Part shown: piece by piece, positions 25,617-33,295 of the stretch | How positions within the stretch are numbered: position 1 is the stretch's first letter | Layout of the letters: each line of letters starts with the position of its first letter | Assembly (NCBI GenBank): GCA_030141605.1 | Contig: JAQGDQ010000848.1 | Coordinates: 54,749 to 88,043 of the forward strand | DNA: 33,295 nucleotides | Direction: 5' to 3' | Origin: Tubiluchus corallicola | Lineage: Eukaryota > Animalia > Priapulida | Translations under genes and position numbers: made by a program | Notes under the pieces: generated by a model | The model's database searches: none | What the model was told of the DNA's origin: nothing | Seen by the model: the letters and a program-made list of their open reading frames with translations, nothing else

Positions 25617-25929
25617 GTAGGGAAACACCCTAACAATCGAATAAACTACGAAAAGAAATATCAAATTCCAGTCTGTAACTGACAGCAACTAACAGTGCGT
25701 AACAAACCGTAACGTTTCTCGTGGCATTTTTACCTGATGAGGTGACAAACCTCACAGAGAACATCCAGCAGAACGTTTCATTCAAGATTGTGTCTTGTGA
25801 TCAGCTACGCGTTATGTACAATCATGACCGTGAAAGCACTACCTTAGAATTTGCTAAGAAATTAGTTATATAACCAACATAATATCTCTAACAACAATAT
25901 TATTTCCAGGATTTTGCTGACTTACTTCT

Positions 25930-26933
25930 CATCATCATCATACGCCCGTCACGTCTATTGTAGACATTGGGTAGGCAGATATCTAAAATAAAAAAAATCT
26001 GCCTTCAGACAGCTAAAAGCAGCGCTGGACCTGAGTAGCAAATCGGTATACCACCGAGAAAATTCTCTCAGGCCGGATTTCATCTGTCAGACTGCTTCGA
26101 GGAAGGATGTATGTGCCTTCGAACTTTCTACGTTTTGAAAAAACAAAGTCATACAGGTCGCGACTGTTTGTGCATTTCCTAAATAATATGTGTAACATCA
26201 TCATCATACGCCCGTCACGTCTATTGTAGATATTGGCAGGCAGAATTCTAAAATAAAAGAAATCTGCCTTCAGACAGGTAAACGCAGCAGTAATCCAGCA
26301 AAAAACTAGACACTGCTACGCCAGTGGCTTGTCAACACCACTTCCGTTAATGACTTACTTCTAAACAACTTAAAATAATCAGCAAGACAAGTTTCCATGC
26401 CCTTTTAATAATCGTATGGGTACCTTCGGTACTTTGTTTTTCGAAACTTGCTCGTCCATTTACCGTTTCTTCAAAATTCTTGCGTTGCGTCCGAACTGCA
26501 TAATAAAAGTTCTCATGATGGCTAAACAAAATTGGACGACCGGCTTATTATTTTAATTTTGTAAACTTCAGAATAAGGACTTTCCTGGACAGACTTCATG
26601 ACCTTACTGAATGGTAACCAAGAAACCGTTGCTACCAACACATCGAGGACGTCATTAAAAACGTCACGCAATTTAATACCAGCTTTGCCGTACTGGATAT
26701 TTTAAAAGTAGTTTTATACCAAATGCACTTTTTAATTATCAGTAAGTCCATTACTATTGCATACAGTATACATATTAAGCGGAAGTGGTGCTGACAAGCC
26801 ACTGGCGTAGCAGTGTCTAGTTTTTTTTGCTGGATTACTGCTGCGTTTACCTGTCTGAAGGCAGATTTCTTTTATTTTAGAATTCTGCCTGCCCAATGTC
26901 TACAATAGACGTGACGGGCGTATGATGATGATG
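25930..26933. repeat. Three copies of an (ATG)n-tailed repeat; two form a ~155-bp-arm inverted repeat
   Basis: 26196-26352 is near-identical to the reverse complement of 26774-26933. 25930-26025 is a partial direct copy of the left arm. Confidence 0.9.
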
Positions 26934-28610
26934 ATACTAGCCTAAAAACGTTTGAGACGAAGTCCCTCCATAGTTGACATTTAGGCTGCTGTTGTTGTTG
27001 TTATCATCGTCGTCGTCGTTGTCGTCGTCGTCGTCATCGTCGTCGCTGTCGCTGCTCTTATTGTTGCTGATGTTTCTGTCGTTACTGCTGCTGCTTTGCG
27101 AGTGCTGCTACTCTTGCTAGCGCTAATATTATTATTTTGATAGGTGGCTAAATACAAGAATAATAGTTAAGACATTAAGTAAATTTTCAAAATTACGATA
27201 TAGTTAACACTGTTTAATGACAAAATATTGCAACTCATAAAGTACGGATTAATTTCACAGACTAGAATCACTAGATCAACTGTAAATTTTTGCTTTATGG
27301 CAATAGTAGCAACAACCCTACATGCAAACGAGCAATGAGCACTGGAAACAAAACTGTTAACTTTTTGCTTATGTAAAGAAACCTCTATCAGGACTATTCA
27401 TTTTATTAAGCAATCATTAAACATGCAGTTGTTGGGCTATGCATCCAAAATATAGGCCTGTACACAAATATTGTTTCCTGGCAAGCCTATGTTAAACCTC
27501 TACCGGTCCTGTTCTGCATCACCACTGAGAAATTAGTTAGTCTTGGAAAAGGAAAAGGAAAACCTAGTGACGTAACAACTTATCTGGGTTGATACCTCAA
27601 ACAGCAACAGCATTTGACCTGACATCACTTTATTTTGGATTCGAATCCAAATTGACATACTGTTTTCCAGCACCTTACTTTTTCATTTAATCAGCCATGT
27701 TTTAATTGTTTTAACATGTTATTAAAATAACACATAAACCGATGCGTTTACTAATTTTGGCTACTCGCAGTCAAAAATACTCAAGAGAAATAAATGTGAT
27801 TACGGTTAACAATGCAAACGATAAAAATAAAAATTAATTATAGAAAAATAATCCACACTATTCAGTTCAATGTTTACTCAAAACTTTATCACAAGACTAA
27901 TGCAGTTTGTAAAACAATCCCTCATGTCAGTGAGAAAAAGGTGTTGTTTTTTAATGCTAAAAAAATTATTAAATACATGAAAGAGCCACCCTCTAAAATT
28001 TTGCTCAACAAACTTGCTAAAGCAAAGGAACTTCGGAAAGGCTCGATGATCTATATATACTTAAAAACATCTGGTTTTGGGTATGCAAAATGTTTATGAC
28101 CGAATCTTGAACGATCCTTGAATTATGGTAAGCCATGCTGGAGGTGCAAATGTTTTAGTCCATTACCCCTTCCCAAGGTAGTATATGCATTAGATGTCAC
28201 AATATATTAGACTGTAGCTCAACAAGCTAGACTACTTTTTCTACTCTGACATTGTATAGGTGGAACTTGTTATGTACACACGTCTCTGTTACATTTAAAA
28301 TTTGACTTATATTATACTGCTACCTTTTACTGACATTCCGGCTTCTTCTCGACTCAATATTGGACCAACAATGTATGTATGCATTTTAGCTTTTTAGTGT
28401 AACGTAGTGATCTGTAGCCCTTATTTTTCTAGCACTTATTTCAGTAGTTTTGTAGAGGTAGTAATTGTAGACTACAGAAAATTTGTACTTTTTGCAGAAT
28501 AAACTAACATAGATATGGGAACGCCAGAACTAATAACTAAAATCTGTCGTTGAGTTAAGGCCAGCTAATATGATTAACTCATTTGTACCAATGTGTCCCA
28601 TGTACCCATA

Positions 28611-29100
28611 ACTACGGCCAAATCACGTTGAAAACACCGGTTCTCGTCTGATCACCGAAGTTAAGCAACGTAGAGCCTGGTTAGTACTTGGATGGGTGAC
28701 CGCCGAATACCAGGTGCTGTAGGCTTGCGGGACGCTGTATCTCGACACTAGGCGGAGGAGCTGCACAAGCAGCCAATGGCTAGAGGGCGGAGGAGGTCTA
28801 GTGACCCAATGGCCATGTGTAGAGGAGTAAACCTTCTAAATCAGGAGTGGAGCTCCGAAGGCGGACCGGTGCAGCATGCTCACTGACTCCGGCAGCTCCT
28901 GCAGTCAACCTGGTGCCAAACGTATCGTCCCGCTTTCCTTTTTACTACACCAGCGAGGAAGAGAGGGGGTTCCTGTTGTCTGGGCAACTCAGGGTCTCCA
29001 TACACCTTGCCCACCAGGCGTGCGCCCTGGAGACGTTCAAGGATCGGACTCTCTTGGCGCACATTCCATTGTCTTCCGAAACAGAAGGATGCCAACAACA
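28611..29100 (+). mobile_element. 5S-derived SINE (SINE3 class), near full-length copy
   Basis: 28611-28726 is a nearly complete 5S rRNA sequence with A and C boxes but no T4 terminator. The body aligns with 15465-15993 and ends GGATGCCAACAACA. No TSD seen. Confidence 0.92.
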
Positions 29101-29857
29101 AGTAGGTTTGGGTTTAACATTATGAAAAACTATCGCAAGCAAGCTGTGGTCGGTCTTTTAGAACCTGCATGCACAAAAGCTAATACGGCCGTAACGTGAG
29201 GTAGTAACATTGATATATTACATGTGCGCAATAAATTAATGAATGAGATTAGTTTGGCCATATTGTATAACACCAACTTTTAGGATATTTTGTCTTACAA
29301 GACTATTTTCAAAGACGTATGTGACAATATTAGCCTTATTGCAGCTGTACTTGTAGTAGCAGTAAGTTGAAAGTGTTGCAGTAATTAATTCAGTTTCATA
29401 TCATTTGGGTGTAAACGTCCTTATGTATATACGCGAGTTGCAAAACTTTTCATAATTTACCATTTAGATGCTTCTTAGGCAACCAGATTAATTGAAACAA
29501 TGTTGTAAATAGTACAATTTTATGTAAGCGGGACATTGCTAACAGCATACACCAGCTCAGAAAACATACAAGGTTTCATTAATTCGGATACGTAGAAAAC
29601 CTAATTAAGTAACGGTTAAACTTTAGTGATTTTCTAAACTTAAATCAATTAGCGGTGGGTTAAACGTTTAAACTGTTAACCATCTCAGCCTTACTTATTG
29701 CTAATTACTCTTAACAAACAATCAGCTGGGATCATATCATCATTGCAGGGTGTAAACACGTGAGTTTTCTTTTGTTTGTTTTTGTCTAACAAAGTTATTT
29801 TCAAAGTTGTTGGCTCTAATACAGCCATACCTTTTGTAGTACAAACCGTTCTAATGC

Positions 29858-30150
29858 AAATCAAGAAGATTCTCGTATTTTCTCCTCGAAAGCCATTATG
29901 AATTAATGAAGCCCCATTACGGAACGCATCAGTGTCATTCCTTTAGCATCAGATTTTATTGCTCAAGTTAATCTGAAATGCTAATGAGATTTAAGTCCCC
30001 AAAATGTTGCACGGAAATCAAGTAAATCACCTGTTTTTCTCCCAAAGCCATTATGCATAATTGCGCCCATTACGAAACGCAGTGTGCTCAGCTTCTTCAT
30101 CGCCAGATTTTACCAGTAAATCAAAAGTATGAAGAAATCAAGTCCCCAAA
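29858..30150. repeat. Degenerate ~155-bp tandem duplication
   Basis: AAATCAAG...TTTTTCTCC...AAAGCCATTATG...CCCATTACGRAACGCA...CAGATTTTA...AAGTCCCCAAAA occurs twice. Confidence 0.65.
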
Positions 30151-30389
30151 AAGATAACTTACATAAAAAATCAGAACATTTTATCGAGCCAGTGAAAATA
30201 CTCAAGGGTTAAAATCCACTTTTTGGGGTTCGTAAGGGCATTTAGAAGTAAACATCACTTTGGTCCGTAAATCTAGAATTTAGCAGCACCATGTCCAAAA
30301 GAAATACGAATGTGTCAAAAAGAAATACGAATGACCAAGTTGCCATTTTAACCCTCGACTAAAATATAATTTGAATTTGGTGTTATCTA

Positions 30390-30930
30390 TTATTACTGTT
30401 ATTGTTGTTGTTATTGCTGTTGCTGTTGCTATTGCTGTTGTTATTGCTGTTGCTATTGCTGTTGCTATTGCTGCTGCTGTTGTTGTTTTTATTTTTGTTG
30501 TCGTCGTCGTCGTTGTTGTTGTTATTGCTGCTGCTGTTGCTGTTGTTTTTATTTTTGTTGTCGTTGTCGTTGTCGTTGTCGTCATTGTTGTTGTTGTTGC
30601 TGTTGTTGTTGTTGTTGTTTTTGTTGTTTTTATTTTTGATGTTGTAGTCGTTGTCGTCGTCGTCGTCCTCGTCGCTGTTGTTGTTGTTGCTGTTGCTGTT
30701 ACTATTGCTGTTGCTATTGCTGCTGTTGTTGTTGCTGTTGTTGTTGCTGTTGCTATTGCTATTACTATTGCTGCTGCTATCGCAGTTGCTGTTGTTGTTT
30801 TTGTTGTTTTTATTTTTGTTGTTATTGTCGTTGTCGTTGTCGTCGTCGTTGATGTTGTTGTTGCTGCTGTTGCTGTTGTTGTTGTTGTTGTTGTTGTTGT
30901 TATTGTTGTTGTTGTTGTCATCTGTTGTTG
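30390..30930. repeat. Compound trinucleotide repeat (GTT/GCT/GTC/ATT) with longer-period block duplications
   Basis: GTTGTTTTTATTTTTG recurs four times within the tract. Confidence 0.93.
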
Positions 30931-31442
30931 TAGACAAATAGCTAAGTCTATTTTAGACGTGCGTAGGCACAAAGCTGTTCTGTCTGTTATCAAGATGTCG
31001 GGAACGCCTTTAGTAGTTTACGTATATCCCAGTGAAAATAAATATTTACTTAAATCTGATTGCTCCTGTTTCTGCGATACCAAGAGGCTTGTTGGTAATG
31101 CTTGTTGATGGTCTTTGAAGAAATAGGGTTTCTTATTCCAAAAAAGACAGGCAAATCAAGCAGATTTTCTTGTTTTCTCCTCCTCGTTATGTATAACAGA
31201 GATAATATATGGAAAAGTATTCAAAAAAAGAGTCAGCCTCCTTTGTTGCTGGTAAACTGGTAAATCCTGAGATTTAAATTGCCCTTGATAATTCATTGGT
31301 AAATCGGAAATACCAATAAGACTCAAACTCAGAAACGATTAGCATCATAAACCCTATTTAAATAAATAAAATTTAACCAAAGTACGAGAATTGTAACATA
31401 CGTATTTGTGGGCCAAGCTGAGCAAGCACTTCAGGTGCGTCT

Positions 31443-32090
31443 ATGAACTATGAACTATGAATTTATTTTCACACATCAAAAAATACAATATCAAACACAT
31501 TAATAAACTTTAAATAAAATGATTTGAGTAGTGCGAGGTGAGTGTACGACCATACGGTCATTAACACACCCACCTTACTTAAATGAAAAAATGATTATAG
31601 TTATGCATGCTTCTGTAGATAACTCAATTTAATTAAGGATGAAGTAAATGATGTAATAAATGGGCTATGGTGAGGGGGGGGGCAAATTATAAGAATATTA
31701 GTGATTGTTTCGCAAAATTAATGTTACAATAATATATTAATTTTTTTTTATATCACTGGTATTTGGTGGTTATAAACTAAGAGCATTTTCCAAGTGGAAA
31801 CAGCTATAGATATTGGCTGCGATGAATGAGTAATTTCATTTTAATTGATTTATACCTTTTATTAATAAAGTAACAAAGGTCGTATATACCTATTTGTAAA
31901 AGAAAAACATTAGTGCAAAAAGACACACGTGCACAAAAAAGAGAAAAAAACTCTGGTTTTCTACGCCATTGAATATTTAGTAAGTAAAAATATCTTATAT
32001 TGTTTGGTAGCTATTTTTAAAGAAGGAGAGTAAATGATTGTATTGGGTACACTATTCCACAAAATAACTCCGTTGTTCATCATTCCGCAT
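31443..32090 (-). mobile_element. CR1/L2-group LINE 3' end, 5'-truncated
   Basis: Minus strand reads NGVILWNSVPNTIIYSPSLKIATKQYKIFLLTKYSMA* (stop 31961-31963), then a 3' UTR ending in AATAAA plus (TTCATAG)n. Confidence 0.65.
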
Positions 32091-32217
32091 TATTATAGAC
32101 TAAAACTATCGGACGAGAAATCTAACTTGATTCGATGCATAACAACTTAATCTTATAAAGCTGATAGTAGTAGCAGCTTCGATAACATTTTTACAATGAA
32201 TGTAGCCAAACCATCAG

Positions 32218-32808
32218 AATAAGAACACACCGCATCCACTGCGTTCTCTCAAAATAAGAACACACCGCATCCACTGCGTTCTCTCAAAATAAGAACACAC
32301 CGCATCCACTGCATTCTCTCAAAATAAGAACACACCGCATCCACTGCGTTCCCTCAAAATAAGAACACACCGCATCCACTGCGTTCTCTCAAAATAAGAA
32401 CAGACCGCATCCACTGCATTCTCTCAAAATAAGAACACACCGCATCCACTGCATTCTCTCAAAATAAGAACACACCGCATCCACTGCATTCTCTCAAAAT
32501 AAGAACAGACCGCATCCACTGCATTCTCTCAAAATAAGAACACACCGCATCCACTGCGTTCTCTCAAAACAAGAAAACACCGCATCCACTGCGTTCTCTC
32601 AAAATAAGAACACACCGCATCCACTGCATTCTCTCAAAATAAGAACACACCGCATCCACTGCGTTCTCTCAAAATAAGAACACACCGCATCCACTGCATT
32701 CTCTCAAAATAAGAACACACCGCATCCACTGCGTTCTCTCAAAATAAGAACACACCGCATCCACTGCGTTCCCTCAAAATAAGAACACACCGCATCCACT
32801 GCGTTCTC
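32218..32808. repeat. 35-bp tandem minisatellite, ~17 copies
   Basis: Unit AATAAGAACACACCGCATCCACTGCRTTCTCTCAA, with no unique spacers. Confidence 0.96.
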
Positions 32809-33295
32809 TAGTCACTCCTGAATAATCATTTTTGCGGCTCAAGCAGAGGAATTTTAAAACATATTCTAAAGAACTTTCCATACAACGTTATAATTTATTA
32901 CTTAACATTACGCTTGCCAGTTTGAGAGATTCGTGCAAATGAAAAATAAAATTCTTGATGCCTAAAGTACTCGCGCCACTTTGTAAAACCCACTGAATCC
33001 CTATCCCAGTGTGCACCAGTGATTCACCAAAAACATGTTACTGATTTCATTTGACAATACAAAGTGATTTGAACTTTTCCTTAGTTGACGAAGACGAGCT
33101 ACGCCCATGTTCTGAATATTTTTTCAAACTTTGGGAAATGTTATTTAACTTATTTCAAAAAACTTCTCGTTAAAATGGCTGCACCTTACGGACATCACAG
33201 GAGTTTAAGTTTTCAACGTTACACTGCTAACGCAGTCCTGTGTGCAATAAGACAGCATGTAATGGATATGAATTCCTAGAAAATTTTTTCAAGCT

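Noticed and set aside
25734-25775. CTGATGA followed by a short stem as a hammerhead ribozyme
   Set aside because: The required GAAA core and stems I and III could not be built.
28611-28726. Functional 5S rRNA gene
   Set aside because: It has a 3-nt deletion in a stem region and no oligo-T terminator, and it is fused to a body shared with dispersed TSD-flanked copies.
30201-30360. 11-bp inverted repeat AGGGTTAAAAT / ATTTTAACCCT
   Set aside because: Too short and no TSD, so it may be chance or a relic.
30280-31108. Thr-, Asn- or Val-rich ORFs as a mucin or antifreeze-like protein
   Set aside because: The trinucleotide tract is open in several frames on both strands, and I found no splice or domain support. 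Similar artefacts occur at 11126-11463, 18816-19256 and 21436-22077.
32218-32808. 35-bp repeat with a small hairpin (CGCA-TCCAC-TGCG) as a CRISPR array
   Set aside because: Units are head-to-tail with no unique spacers, there are no cas genes, and the context is eukaryotic. The same applies to the 50-bp and 73-bp arrays.

Overview
AT-rich, repeat-dense animal nuclear DNA. The 5S-derived sequences look most like lophotrochozoan 5S rRNA, judged from recall. The one supported protein gene is on the + strand: eight GT-AG-bounded exons (3680-3751, 4027-4128, 4350-4454, 9027-9131, 9722-9809, 12283-12500, 13495-13576, 16165-16349) splice in frame to 318 aa covering the whole catalytic domain of an M14A zinc carboxypeptidase (CPA/CPB type). 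All catalytic residues are present, but the S1' pocket is atypical. Signal and prodomain exons were not identified. The rest is mobile DNA and repeats: four copies of a 5S-rRNA-headed SINE with an RTE-LINE-derived tail, an internally deleted RTE, two CR1/L2-like LINE 3' ends, and hAT-, piggyBac-, Tc1/mariner-, Kolobok- and Harbinger-type MITEs. Also present are 175-, 73-, 50- and 35-bp tandem arrays, a 155-bp-arm inverted repeat and many microsatellites. Most supplied ORFs are microsatellite or chance artefacts. The best leads are the tripartite 5S/RTE SINE, an intron filled by complementary (CT)n/(GA)n arms, the unusual carboxypeptidase pocket, and satellites apparently arising inside mobile or dispersed repeats. 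No prokaryote-type system (CRISPR, operon) is present.
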